Source of the DNA: Negativicutes bacterium
GTDB taxonomy: Bacteria > Bacillota > Negativicutes > UBA1444
DNA: 64,000 nt
Assembly (NCBI GenBank): GCA_963665275.2
Contig: CAXXIN010000018.1
Coordinates: 384,001 to 448,000, forward strand
Direction: 5' to 3'
Each line of letters opens with the position of its first letter. Position 1 is the first letter of the stretch. The position numbers and the translations under genes were made by a program. This document shows, in pieces, positions 21,351-31,157 of this stretch. Below the pieces are notes generated by a model that was given only the letters and a program-made list of their open reading frames with translations, was not told the DNA's origin and did no database searches.

Positions 21351-21375
21351 AACGATATCTGATCAGAAAAGTAAC
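21351..21375 (-). promoter_or_regulatory. Putative ECF promoter of the sigma operon
   Basis: Minus strand reads GTTAC-N16-CGTT. Confidence 0.6.
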
Positions 21376-21400
21376 GCTGCAAAATTGCTTATTGCCTCGC

Positions 21401-21425
21401 GTTACTTTTTTGCTGTGTCCACGTT
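21401..21425 (+). promoter_or_regulatory. Putative ECF promoter of the vWA gene
   Basis: Plus strand reads GTTAC-N16-CGTT, same motif and spacing as the divergent copy. Confidence 0.6.
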
Positions 21426-21487
21426 TGTCAAAATGAAAGACCTCCGGTGAAGGAAATCAGCCGGGGAACAGAAAGGAATGAACACAG

Positions 21488-23341
21488 ATGAAGAAAAACA
21501 TCGCGCTATTTCTACTACTGGTCCTGTCGATGGCGACGATCGCATTCGCCGGAAATTTTGAAAACAGTATAAAAACAATGCCTCTTGCGTCTGAAATCCG
21601 GGCAACCGGCATGCCTCTGAGAGAATTTCTTGATCGCCTTCACCAGGTGAGCGGAATTGAGTTGATCGCCGTCCCGGACGTTGCGGACCTGAAAGTGGAG
21701 CTGATAGTAACGACCGATCAGACCGTTGCCTCGGTTTTAGCGGCCTTGCAAGAAAAATACGGGTTGGTAAATAAGATTAATGAAGCGAAAACGGCAGTAA
21801 TCGTTATGCAGGGGCACTATGACTCAGTCAGGATGTATAGCGGAAAAACAATGCAGATGGCTTCGCCAATGGAAGCAAACCGCATGGCATCCGCACTGCC
21901 TGCGCCGAGCGGTATCCGGTCAGCCCAGTGGAACACTGAGGAATATAAAAGTTTGCACGACAATTCTTTTCAGGAGGTCCGCAGCGCACCAATGTCCACG
22001 TTTTCAATCGATGTGGATACCGCTTCCTACAGCAACCTGCGTCGTTTTCTCAATACCGGCAATTTGCCGCCAGCCGACGCGGTCAGGACAGAAGAACTGC
22101 TGAACTATTTCACCTATGATTATCCACAACCGGTAGGCGAACATCCGTTTTCGGTGACGACAGAAGTGGGCGATAGTCCTTGGAATGCAGGGCGTAAGTT
22201 GGTTTTGCTTGGGATTCAGGGGAAAAATGTTCAGACCGCGAATTTGCCGCCGAGCAACCTGGTTTTTCTGATCGACGTATCCGGCTCGATGTCGGCTCCG
22301 AACAAGCTGCCGCTCTTGAAGACCGCCTTCAAAATGCTGGTGCAGCAACTGCGTTCCCAGGACCAGGTGGCAATCGTGGTTTATGCCGGCGCGGCGGGAC
22401 TTGTACTTGAGCCAACCGCAGGCAATGAAAAAAGCAAGATCCTCGCCAAAATCGAAGGTCTGCAGGCCGGAGGCTCAACTGCCGGAGGCGAAGGCCTAAA
22501 ACTGGCTTATGAAATCGCCAAAGAAAAATTCGTTTCAGGTGGCAATAATCGGGTGATTCTGGCCACGGATGGGGATTTCAATGTGGGGCCCTCAAGTGAA
22601 GGTGAACTGACCCGGCTGATCGAAGAACGGCGCAATGATGGAATATTTCTCAGCGTGCTTGGTTTCGGCATGGGCAACATCAAGGACAATAAAATGGAAG
22701 CCTTGGCCGATCGCGGTAACGGCAACTATGCTTATATCGACAATGCGCTGGAAGCCAAGAAAGTGATGGTTTCCCAGATGGCAGGGACACTGTTCACCAT
22801 CGCCAAAGATGTGAAGATTCAAGTGGAATTCAACCCGGCTGCAGTGAAAGCCTATCGCCTCATCGGCTATGAAAACCGTGTGTTGGAAAACCGCGACTTC
22901 AATGATGATCGAAAAGATGCCGGCGACATGGGTGCGGGGCATTCTGTCACAGCTCTCTATGAGATTATTCCGACAGGTTCTCCAGAGATGGCCGCTTCGG
23001 TTGATCCGTTGGTATATCAGCAATCGCAGATTATACCAAGCGATGATTTGTTGCAGTTAAAAATCCGTTATAAAAACCCGTTGGAGAATACCAGCCAGCT
23101 CATGACCCAGCATATAGAAAGCAATAGTTCGATGAAATCAGTGCCTTCCGAGAATTTTCGATTTGCTGCCGCAGTGGCGGAATACGGAATGTTAGTGCGA
23201 AAATCCGAGTTTCAGGGTCAATCATCATATCAACAGACACTCGCATTGGCACGTGGCGCTAAAGGTACGGATGAAAATGGATACCGTGCGGAATTTATCA
23301 AATTAGTGGAACTCAGTCAACTATTGGAGACGAAAGAATAA
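21488..23341 (+). CDS. Exported YfbK-like vWA protein with an N-terminal STN-like domain
   Basis: Signal peptide; STFSIDVDTASYSN..EELLNYF; MIDAS motif IDVSGSM; ILATDGDFNVG; YRLIGYENR..DAGDMGAGHSVTALYE C-terminal domain. Confidence 0.9.
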   Translation: MKKNIALFLLLVLSMATIAFAGNFENSIKTMPLASEIRATGMPLREFLDRLHQVSGIELIAVPDVADLKVELIVTTDQTVASVLAALQEKYGLVNKINEAKTAVIVMQGHYDSVRMYSGKTMQMASPMEANRMASALPAPSGIRSAQWNTEEYKSLHDNSFQEVRSAPMSTFSIDVDTASYSNLRRFLNTGNLPPADAVRTEELLNYFTYDYPQPVGEHPFSVTTEVGDSPWNAGRKLVLLGIQGKNVQTANLPPSNLVFLIDVSGSMSAPNKLPLLKTAFKMLVQQLRSQDQVAIVVYAGAAGLVLEPTAGNEKSKILAKIEGLQAGGSTAGGEGLKLAYEIAKEKFVSGGNNRVILATDGDFNVGPSSEGELTRLIEERRNDGIFLSVLGFGMGNIKDNKMEALADRGNGNYAYIDNALEAKKVMVSQMAGTLFTIAKDVKIQVEFNPAAVKAYRLIGYENRVLENRDFNDDRKDAGDMGAGHSVTALYEIIPTGSPEMAASVDPLVYQQSQIIPSDDLLQLKIRYKNPLENTSQLMTQHIESNSSMKSVPSENFRFAAAVAEYGMLVRKSEFQGQSSYQQTLALARGAKGTDENGYRAEFIKLVELSQLLETKE

Positions 23342-23363
23342 TTGTAGCTGTGAAATGATTGTC

Positions 23364-23411
23364 AAAGCAGATAGCTCCGACGAAATATTTTTCGTCGGAG
23401 CTATCTGCTTT
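23364..23411. repeat. 22-bp perfect inverted repeat, probable terminator
   Basis: AAAGCAGATAGCTCCGACGAAA-TATT-TTTCGTCGGAGCTATCTGCTTT. Confidence 0.8.
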
Positions 23412-23496
23412 AAGATGGAATTCTTTTGTCTAGTTCAATTATGAAAGGGGTATAAAATCTCGAACCGAAAATTTCTTTGAGAAGATTATAAAAAAT

Positions 23497-23523
23497 AAAG
23501 GAATTAAACTTATATATTAGAAT
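23497..23523 (+). promoter_or_regulatory. Possible SigH-type promoter of gntR
   Basis: AAAGGAATT..GAAT resembles the Bacillus SigH consensus. Confidence 0.35.
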
Positions 23524-23572
23524 ATTAGTTATAGGAAAATATTAATCTGATGCAAAAGGTGTTGGACGATTA

Positions 23573-24250
23573 ATGAATCGATTGCCGCAAGAATCAAGCA
23601 GAGAATATGTTTATAGAATGATCCGATCCAATATCATGGATTTGAAATATGCGCCAGGGAGCACAATCTCGGAAAATGAGATTGCCGGGAGCTTGAATAT
23701 CAGCAGAACTCCGATTCGTGAGGCAATAATAAGGTTGGTTCATGAAAAACTAATCGATGTTTTTCCGCAGCGAGGAACATACGTTTCCTTGATTGACATT
23801 CATCATGTGGATGAATCCAAATTTATCAGAGAGACGCTTGAACGGAGGGTTATGCAAATTGCCTGCATCGATTTTCGACAGGATGATTTGTTTCAACTAC
23901 AGAAATTTCTCATGATGCAGGAATTGTGTATACAAGAGAAAAGGTTTTTTCAATTTTACGAACATGACAGCAACTTGCATGGAGCAATATTTGCCGGATG
24001 CAACAAAGAAAAAACCTGGGAAATGATTCAGCAAATGAGTACCCATTATAACAGAGTACGATGCCTGGGTATTTCTCATGGATATGAATTGCCCGAATTG
24101 TTAGCTGAACACCGCGCCATGGTTAATGCGATCATTGCCCGTGATTCGGTGGCAGGAAAACATGCTGTTGATCGACACTTAAATAAAGTGAGGCTTGATT
24201 TGCCCAAAATGATGCGGGAGTTTCCCGAATACTTTACAAAGAATGACTGA
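23573..24250 (+). CDS. GntR/FadR (FCD) family regulator
   Basis: ISENEIAGSLNISRTPIREA and PQRGTYV. Confidence 0.92.
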   Translation: MNRLPQESSREYVYRMIRSNIMDLKYAPGSTISENEIAGSLNISRTPIREAIIRLVHEKLIDVFPQRGTYVSLIDIHHVDESKFIRETLERRVMQIACIDFRQDDLFQLQKFLMMQELCIQEKRFFQFYEHDSNLHGAIFAGCNKEKTWEMIQQMSTHYNRVRCLGISHGYELPELLAEHRAMVNAIIARDSVAGKHAVDRHLNKVRLDLPKMMREFPEYFTKND

Positions 24251-24303
24251 CTATTACAATGTCCTGGACAGAATTTTGCGCTAAGGTGGAAATTGGAGGT
24301 AGT

Positions 24304-25296
24304 ATGCAAAGAAAATTGGACATTATATCCATTGGCGAAATTTTGATTGATTTTGTTGGAAAAGAACATTCTACGGCCTTGACGGAGGTGACTGAATTTC
24401 GGCGCGCAGCCGGCGGGGGACCGGCTAACGTAGCGGTCGGGGCCGCGCGTCTTGGAATGAAAGCCGGATTTATCGGTAAGGTTGGTTCGGATGCGTTTGG
24501 AAAACATCTGGCCCAGGTCCTCAATGATAATTGTGTGAATACTGAAGGGTTGATTATCGATCCTCTGGCAAACACGACCTTGGTATTTGTTTCGTTAAAT
24601 CAAAAAGGGATTCCCGATTTTTCCTTTTTTCGGAACGGGACAGCCGATACTTTACTGCGGATCGATGAATTGCCAGTAAAGCTTCTGCAAGAAATAAAAA
24701 TGCTTCATTTCAGCTCGGTATCTTTGACGACGGAACCCTCTCGCAGCGCCTGTTTAAAAGCAGTTGAGATAGCTCGGAACGCTGGTGCATTGATTTCATT
24801 TGATCCAAATCTTCGATTGCCGCTCTGGCCTGACGCAGAAACAGCTAAGGCAGCAATTCTGGGAGCGGTTGAATTGGCCGATGTGCTCAAGATGAATGAT
24901 GAAGAATACTTGTTTTTGACGGGCCAGCCTTTCGATGAAAACGCCAAGAGTGAAGGATTTTTTGAGAATGGTCGCTTAAAATTATTGGCAGTGACCCGGG
25001 GCGAAAAAGGTTCAATTCTTTTCAACAAGAACGATAAAATATGTTTTCAGGGATTGCCGGTTCATGTCGTGGATACGACGGGCGCTGGTGACGCATTTAT
25101 GGCTGGCATGTTGTCAGCCCTTTCAGAGCTTCCCGAGTCTGCTTTGATCGATCGTTCCTGTATGGAACAGATCGGTCAATGGGCAGGCGCGACCGCTGTA
25201 TTGGCTTGCCAACGTTCTGGAGGGATTCCGTCCTTGCCGGACCGGAAAGGAGTTGTTGAACTAATCAATTCCATGAAACCCAATTCTCAAAAGTAG
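24304..25296 (+). CDS. PfkB family sugar kinase (fructokinase-like)
   Basis: GGGPANVA, FDPNLR and DTTGAGDAF. Confidence 0.92.
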   Translation: MQRKLDIISIGEILIDFVGKEHSTALTEVTEFRRAAGGGPANVAVGAARLGMKAGFIGKVGSDAFGKHLAQVLNDNCVNTEGLIIDPLANTTLVFVSLNQKGIPDFSFFRNGTADTLLRIDELPVKLLQEIKMLHFSSVSLTTEPSRSACLKAVEIARNAGALISFDPNLRLPLWPDAETAKAAILGAVELADVLKMNDEEYLFLTGQPFDENAKSEGFFENGRLKLLAVTRGEKGSILFNKNDKICFQGLPVHVVDTTGAGDAFMAGMLSALSELPESALIDRSCMEQIGQWAGATAVLACQRSGGIPSLPDRKGVVELINSMKPNSQK

Positions 25297-25320
25297 ACGA
25301 CAAACCAGGGAGGATTTACT

Positions 25321-26205
25321 ATGCCAAAACTTGCTGCATTTCCCAAGTGTTTTATGATTGAACTCTGTGAGACCAGAACGATGACGATCTTTGAATGGAT
25401 CGACCTTGCCTCTGAACTAGGCGTCGATGGTCTGGAACTGTATCCCGGATTTTTTCTGAATTATCAACGCCCTTACCTGAATAAGGTTAAAGCTGCGATG
25501 AACGCCAAGGGCCTTTTGGCTCCGATGTTCTGTGTTTCACCTGATTTTACCCATCCTGAGGCGTCCGTTCGCCATCAGGAAATCGAAAAATATCGGAAAA
25601 TCCTCGATGTAGTGTCGTTTTTCGGCGGTGAAACCTGCCGTATTTTGTCCGGTCAGGCTCACCCGAGCGTTAGCAGGCAACAAGGTGTGACATGGGTGCT
25701 GGAGTGTTTTCATGAAGTGCTTCATGATGCAGCGGCCCGCAAAATAACACTGGTAATGGAAAACCACTACAAAGATAATTTTTGGAACTATCCAGAGTTT
25801 GCCCAACCGCATGACATTTTTCTCGAAATCGTGGAGCAGGTCGATTCGCCGTGGTTTGGCGTTAATTATGATCCGTCCAATGCGTTTTTGGCTGGCGAAG
25901 ATCCGTTGGAATTGTTGGAAGCAGTCAAGGAACGCGTTGTTTGCATGCATGCCAGCGATCGATATTTGAAACCTGGTGTTACTTTGGCCGACATAAAAAA
26001 ACAGGATGGCGCCAAAGGTTACAGCGATTTGATGTCCCATGGCGTAATAGGCAAAGGGCTGAATAACTACGATGCGATATTCAGTTCTCTAAAAGCCGTT
26101 GGATTTGACGGATGGGTTTCCATTGAAGATGGGGTGAACGGCATGGGTGAATTGAAAGAGTCTGTTCAATTTTTGCGTAGTAAATTTGCTCAGTATTGGA
26201 GGTAA
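25321..26205 (+). CDS. Xylose-isomerase-like TIM-barrel sugar isomerase/epimerase
   Basis: DGLEL, MENH, VNYDPSN, MHASD and GWVSIE metal-binding pattern. Confidence 0.82.
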   Translation: MPKLAAFPKCFMIELCETRTMTIFEWIDLASELGVDGLELYPGFFLNYQRPYLNKVKAAMNAKGLLAPMFCVSPDFTHPEASVRHQEIEKYRKILDVVSFFGGETCRILSGQAHPSVSRQQGVTWVLECFHEVLHDAAARKITLVMENHYKDNFWNYPEFAQPHDIFLEIVEQVDSPWFGVNYDPSNAFLAGEDPLELLEAVKERVVCMHASDRYLKPGVTLADIKKQDGAKGYSDLMSHGVIGKGLNNYDAIFSSLKAVGFDGWVSIEDGVNGMGELKESVQFLRSKFAQYWR

Positions 26206-26210
26206 GGATT

Positions 26211-26885
26211 ATGGAACCCATTGTACAGATTTCCCTGGACCTTGAGACCTTGCAGGAGGCGCTGGAAGTTGCCGAAGTAGCCGTTGCCTCAGGCGTGGAT
26301 TACCTGGAAGTTGGAACGCCGTTGATTCTGGGAGAAGGCCTGCATGCCATAGAGGCATTGCACAAGCTTTATCCCGACAAGGGTATCGTAGCTGACATCA
26401 AATGCATGGATGGCGGTTATCCGGAAACCGTAATGATGGCAAAGGCCGGTGCTACGCATGTAGTAGTGATGTCAGTTGCCCATGATGGAACGGTCAAGGG
26501 TGCGGTCAAGGCCGGCAAGGAGTTTGGCATTAAAGTAATGGCCGACATCATGTTGGTTGATGACAAAGTTGCTGAAGCAAAGCGTATGGAAGCTATGGGA
26601 GTCGACTATATCGTTTTGCATACCGGCTTTGATGAAAGACACGAAGAAGTCTGGAAAACACCAATGGCGGATATCGAGAAAGTCGCAAAAGCGGTGAAGA
26701 TACCAGTTCAGGCGGTTGGGGGGCTTTCTATCGAACAGGTCATCCAGGCCCCGAAGCTGGGAGCCCCATTAGTGGTTGTGGGAGCGCCGCTTGTTATCGA
26801 TGACGGTGGTTTTCATGGTGCGGCATCCCTTGAACAGCTGGGAAAAATTCTGCGGCGTGTGGTAAAGGAAGTGAAGGGATTATGA
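26211..26885 (+). CDS. 3-hexulose-6-phosphate synthase-like (HPS/KGPDC family)
   Basis: QISLD, LEVGTPLI..EG, ADIKCMDGG and LHTGFD. Confidence 0.85.
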   Translation: MEPIVQISLDLETLQEALEVAEVAVASGVDYLEVGTPLILGEGLHAIEALHKLYPDKGIVADIKCMDGGYPETVMMAKAGATHVVVMSVAHDGTVKGAVKAGKEFGIKVMADIMLVDDKVAEAKRMEAMGVDYIVLHTGFDERHEEVWKTPMADIEKVAKAVKIPVQAVGGLSIEQVIQAPKLGAPLVVVGAPLVIDDGGFHGAASLEQLGKILRRVVKEVKGL

Positions 26886-27925
26886 TGAAGGCTCTCGTAA
26901 AGTATGATGTGATTCCCAAAGCTGTAGAGCTGCGGGATGTACCTGAACCGACAATCGGCGCCGATGACGTGCTGCTGGAAGTTCGCTCAGTCGGTGTTTG
27001 CGGCAGCGATATTGAGATGTGGCACCATCAGGTTACTTTTCCGGTGAATGTCCCCGTTATTCTCGGACATGAGTTTTGCGGCGTCATCCACGCAGCGGGA
27101 TCGAACGTAAAGGATTATAAGGTTGGCGACAGGGTTGTCAGCGAAACCGCCGCCCATATTTGTGGAAAATGCCAGCATTGCCGTTCCGGCGAATATAATT
27201 TGTGCCCGACTCGAAAAGGTTACGGATCCGGCGTCAGTGGCGCATTTACCAAATATGTCGCTGTACCGCAACGTATTTTGCATCGAATTCCTGAGAGTGT
27301 CTCTTTTGATTTCGCTTCATTGACTGAACCAGCCTGTGTGGCCTATAATGCGACCTTCATTAAAAGTCGCGTGCGCCCGGGCGAACCAGTCGTAATCATC
27401 GGGCCGGGACCCATCGGATTGTTTGCGGTGCAAATGGCCCGAATCGGCGGCGCATATCCCATCGTCCTCGTTGGAACGGATGTGGATGAATCAAGAATGA
27501 AAACCGGAATGGAACTGGGAGCGCATATCACAATCAATGTATCAAAAGAAAATGCAGTGGACCGTGTGGCGGAATTGACGGATGGAATCGGGGTGCCGCT
27601 GGTTATTGATGCAGCTGGCAATAATGCGGCTTTCAAACTGGCAATGGAACTGGTTCGCCGTAATGGCCAAATCACGAAAATTGGCTGGGGTCCCAAACCG
27701 CTTGATCTGTCATTGGATCCGATCATTGCCAAAGCCGCAACATTGCAAGGTTCTTTCAGTCATACCTGGTCGACCTGGGAAGCGGTTCTTCATTTGATCG
27801 AAAGTGGAGATATTCGTATGGAGCCTATGATTACCCATGTTTTCCCATTGTCGGATTGGGAAGAGGCATTCCGGCTCGTTGACTCAAAAGTTGCTGTAAA
27901 AGCGGTAATTCACCCTGGCGAGTGA
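26882..27925 (+). CDS. Zn-dependent sugar/polyol dehydrogenase
   Basis: GVCGSD, GHE, CxxCxxC..C and GPGPIG. Confidence 0.9.
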   Translation: MMKALVKYDVIPKAVELRDVPEPTIGADDVLLEVRSVGVCGSDIEMWHHQVTFPVNVPVILGHEFCGVIHAAGSNVKDYKVGDRVVSETAAHICGKCQHCRSGEYNLCPTRKGYGSGVSGAFTKYVAVPQRILHRIPESVSFDFASLTEPACVAYNATFIKSRVRPGEPVVIIGPGPIGLFAVQMARIGGAYPIVLVGTDVDESRMKTGMELGAHITINVSKENAVDRVAELTDGIGVPLVIDAAGNNAAFKLAMELVRRNGQITKIGWGPKPLDLSLDPIIAKAATLQGSFSHTWSTWEAVLHLIESGDIRMEPMITHVFPLSDWEEAFRLVDSKVAVKAVIHPGE

Positions 27926-28010
27926 AGGAATTTGGGGAGAGTTGGCGAAATCTATAAATTGAATGATCCAAATACTTAAAGGATTTGAATTATTAGGAGG
28001 AGGGGAACAA

Positions 28011-29342
28011 ATGAAAAAAATCTGGATGCTGCTGGTGATGGTTATCGCGCTAGCAATGGTCGCCGCAGGCTGTGGCGGGAAAGAAGCACCCAAACCGGCA
28101 GCCGATCCTGCCAAGCCGTTTGCTGGAAAAACCATTCGCTTTGTGGCTGCCAATCACAACTGGACAGAGGTAATCAAACCCATGATCCCGGAATTTGAGA
28201 AACAAACCGGCATTAAAGTCAATATGGAAAGCTATGAAGAACAACAATTGACGCCGAAACTTACTACTGAGTTTACATCCAATGCGTCAACCATTGATGT
28301 TTTCATGACCCGCCCGTTGCAAGAAGGCCGTCTGTTCAGCAAAAACAAATGGTATGAAACCCTCAGCCCTTATTTGGCTGACACCAAGAAAACTCCCGCC
28401 GACTGGGATTGGAAAGATTTCAAAAAATCTGCAGTAGACGCGGTGACCTTGGGAAATTCCGTATATGCCATTCCTATTGTAACAGAAGGCGAAATTCTCT
28501 ATTATCGTAAAGACCTGCTTGAAAAAGCCGGTGTGAAAGTTCCGACCACGCTCGACGAACTCGAAGCTGCGGCTAAAAAACTTAATGATCCGACTAATGG
28601 CGTTTACGGAATCGTGATGCGCGGTCAACGCAATCCTTCCGTAACTCAATTTTCCGGCGTTCTGTTCAGCTTTGGAGCCGATTTCATCAAAGATGGCAAG
28701 TGTGTTCTTGATACTCCGGAAGCGCTGAAAGCTTTCCAGTATTATGGACGTCTTCTCAAAAACTATGGACCTCCCGGCGTGACCAACATGAGCTGGCCGC
28801 AGGCGCAAGCTCTCTTCCAGAGTGGCAAGGTTGCCATGTGGGTTGATGCCAGTACTTTGGGCGGCCCGTTGCTCGACAAAGCAAAATCCTCTGTTTATGA
28901 CAAGGTTGGTTATGCGACCTTCCCGGCAGGACCTGCGGGAGCCAAGCCGTATGATGTAGTTCCCTGGGCCCTGGCACTTTCCGCCCAGTCGAAAAACAAG
29001 GATGTTGCTTGGGAATTCGCCAAATGGTTGACGTCGAAAGACATTATGAAGAAAGCGATTGCACAGCAACAAACAGTAGCCCGTAATTCGGCTTGGGCAG
29101 ACAAAGAGGCGACGAAAAACTGGCCGGCAGGATTCGCTGAAGTGTCGGCAAAAACCGGACAAATCGCCTTGCCGTATGATCGCCCATTGATGACTGCGGT
29201 TGTTGAAGCTAGAGATGCAATTGGTGATGTGATCGTTAAGTCTATTGAAACTGGCGGCACAGCTGATCTGGCCCCCATGCTCAAAGACGTGGTTGTCAAA
29301 GTTAATGCCATGCTCGCGAAAAATAACGAGGGCGGGAAATAA
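28011..29342 (+). CDS. Sugar ABC transporter substrate-binding lipoprotein
   Basis: Lipobox AAGC; FEKQTGIKV, YYRKDL and PTTLDEL. Confidence 0.92.
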   Translation: MKKIWMLLVMVIALAMVAAGCGGKEAPKPAADPAKPFAGKTIRFVAANHNWTEVIKPMIPEFEKQTGIKVNMESYEEQQLTPKLTTEFTSNASTIDVFMTRPLQEGRLFSKNKWYETLSPYLADTKKTPADWDWKDFKKSAVDAVTLGNSVYAIPIVTEGEILYYRKDLLEKAGVKVPTTLDELEAAAKKLNDPTNGVYGIVMRGQRNPSVTQFSGVLFSFGADFIKDGKCVLDTPEALKAFQYYGRLLKNYGPPGVTNMSWPQAQALFQSGKVAMWVDASTLGGPLLDKAKSSVYDKVGYATFPAGPAGAKPYDVVPWALALSAQSKNKDVAWEFAKWLTSKDIMKKAIAQQQTVARNSAWADKEATKNWPAGFAEVSAKTGQIALPYDRPLMTAVVEARDAIGDVIVKSIETGGTADLAPMLKDVVVKVNAMLAKNNEGGK

Positions 29343-29440
29343 CTAACTGGTTGTTAATTCTAATCTAACGTTTTGGGTATTAGGGCGCGTTCTTACGGAG
29401 GCGCCCTAACCCATATTTTATCTGATAGGGAGGTTCAGGA

Positions 29441-30313
29441 TTGAACCGTTTCATTGAACGCAATATCGTCTGGATTTTTCCGTTGCCGGCAACCATATTC
29501 ATACTGATCATGATGGCCTTTCCGGTATTGTATACGGTTTGGGTCAGCTTTACAGACTGGTCTGTTTCAAGCGGCGGAGATATCAATTTCATAGGTTTGA
29601 AAAACTATGTGGATTTGTTTCAGGAACCGCGATTTTATAATGCGGTCAAAATGACCTTCTACTTCACGACTCTTGCCGTAGGAGTGGAAACGGTTCTGGG
29701 AGTGGCAATCGCGCTGATTCTTAATCGGGAATTTTGGGGAAAAGGGATTGCGAAAACCATTTTATTACTGCCGATGGTTGCAACGCCTGTTGCGATCGGT
29801 CTGGCCTGGACCTTGTTTTATGAACCGACAATCGGTTTGGCGAATTACACACTGAAAGGCATGGGCTTGGAAGGCAGCAATTGGCTTGCCTCCAAAGACA
29901 TGGTAATTCCGGCGTTGGCAATTGTTGATATTTGGGAATGGACGCCGATGGTTGCACTCATCGTGCTTGCGGGTCTGGCGTCAATGCCGACCGAACCTTT
30001 CGAAGCGGCAAAAGTCGATGGTGCTACCACTATTCAAACCTTTCGGTATATTACGCTGCCATTACTGTATCCGACAATTCTAATTGCGATCGTCCTGCGA
30101 AGTATTGATGCCTTTAAAACCTTCGACATCATTTATACGATGACTGCAGGAGGGCCGGGATTTGCATCGGAAACACTGAATATATACGCGTATACTCTGG
30201 GATTTGGTTATTTCAAATTCGGAATGGCCTCCTCGGCACTGGCCGCCTTGCTGGCGATCGTACTGGGGTTCAGCATTCTGACACTTTGGGTAAGAAAGAT
30301 GTGGGAAGCATAA
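29441..30313 (+). CDS. Carbohydrate ABC permease
   Basis: EAAKVDGA loop; TM helices. Confidence 0.92.
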   Translation: MNRFIERNIVWIFPLPATIFILIMMAFPVLYTVWVSFTDWSVSSGGDINFIGLKNYVDLFQEPRFYNAVKMTFYFTTLAVGVETVLGVAIALILNREFWGKGIAKTILLLPMVATPVAIGLAWTLFYEPTIGLANYTLKGMGLEGSNWLASKDMVIPALAIVDIWEWTPMVALIVLAGLASMPTEPFEAAKVDGATTIQTFRYITLPLLYPTILIAIVLRSIDAFKTFDIIYTMTAGGPGFASETLNIYAYTLGFGYFKFGMASSALAALLAIVLGFSILTLWVRKMWEA

Positions 30314-31134
30314 TGGACGATAAGCAAGGATTGAAGTCGAAAGTTCTCTGGTATCTGATGGTGTTGTTTTTTATTCTGCCATTCCTGTTTCCGCTGGTTT
30401 GGGTGCTGATGGCTTCTTTCAAGACGCAGGCCCAAATTGTTGCAATGCCACCTGTTTGGTTTTTTACGCCAACGCTGGAGAATTATCAAAAAGTATTTAT
30501 TGAACAGGATTTTGGCCGCTTCCTTCTCAACAGCTCGATTATTGCCGTCGGGTCAACCGTTTTATCGCTGGTCATCGGGCTGCCTGCCGCTTATACCATT
30601 TCTCGCTATAAACAACGAACTCTGGGAATTTTTATTTTGCTGGCCAGATTAATGCCCGGCATATCCTATCTGATTCCCTGGTTTATTTTATTCTCGAAAT
30701 TGCGCCTTGTTGACACCTATACGTCACTAATTGCCAGTCACATGCTGGTGGGGATGCCGCTGATCATTTGGATCATGATTAACTATTTTGATGCATTGCC
30801 CAGGGAACTTGAAGAAGCAGCGCAAGTTGATGGTTGTACCTTGCAAGGAGCCTTCTTCCGGGTCGTTTTACCGCTTTCGGGGCCGGGTATTTTGACCGCA
30901 TCGACACTGGCCTTTCTGTTTTCCTGGAACAATTTTATGTTTGCATTGGTATTGAGCGCGGAACATACCAAAACTCTACCAATCGCCATTTACAGCTTTG
31001 TTTCTTATGCAGAGGTCAGTTGGGGCAGTGTAATGGCTGCCGCAGTGGTGATCATTGCTCCGGCCATTGTGTTGACCATGGTTTTCCAGCGCTATGTCAT
31101 CAAAGGTCTTACAATGGGCGCAGTTAAAGGATAA
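30313..31134 (+). CDS. Carbohydrate ABC permease
   Basis: ELEEAAQVDG, SWNNF and GLTMGAVKG. Confidence 0.92.
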   Translation: MDDKQGLKSKVLWYLMVLFFILPFLFPLVWVLMASFKTQAQIVAMPPVWFFTPTLENYQKVFIEQDFGRFLLNSSIIAVGSTVLSLVIGLPAAYTISRYKQRTLGIFILLARLMPGISYLIPWFILFSKLRLVDTYTSLIASHMLVGMPLIIWIMINYFDALPRELEEAAQVDGCTLQGAFFRVVLPLSGPGILTASTLAFLFSWNNFMFALVLSAEHTKTLPIAIYSFVSYAEVSWGSVMAAAVVIIAPAIVLTMVFQRYVIKGLTMGAVKG

Positions 31135-31157
31135 TTTACGAAAAGCGGGGTAGCAGT

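Noticed and set aside
28287-29162. 291-aa antisense ORF, and similar ones such as 41381-42004 and 53829-54383
   Set aside because: Shadow ORFs opposite well-supported genes, without recognisable motifs.
29380-29410. Hairpin after the sugar-binding protein gene as a novel element
   Set aside because: Intercistronic stem-loops after binding-protein genes are a common stoichiometry device.
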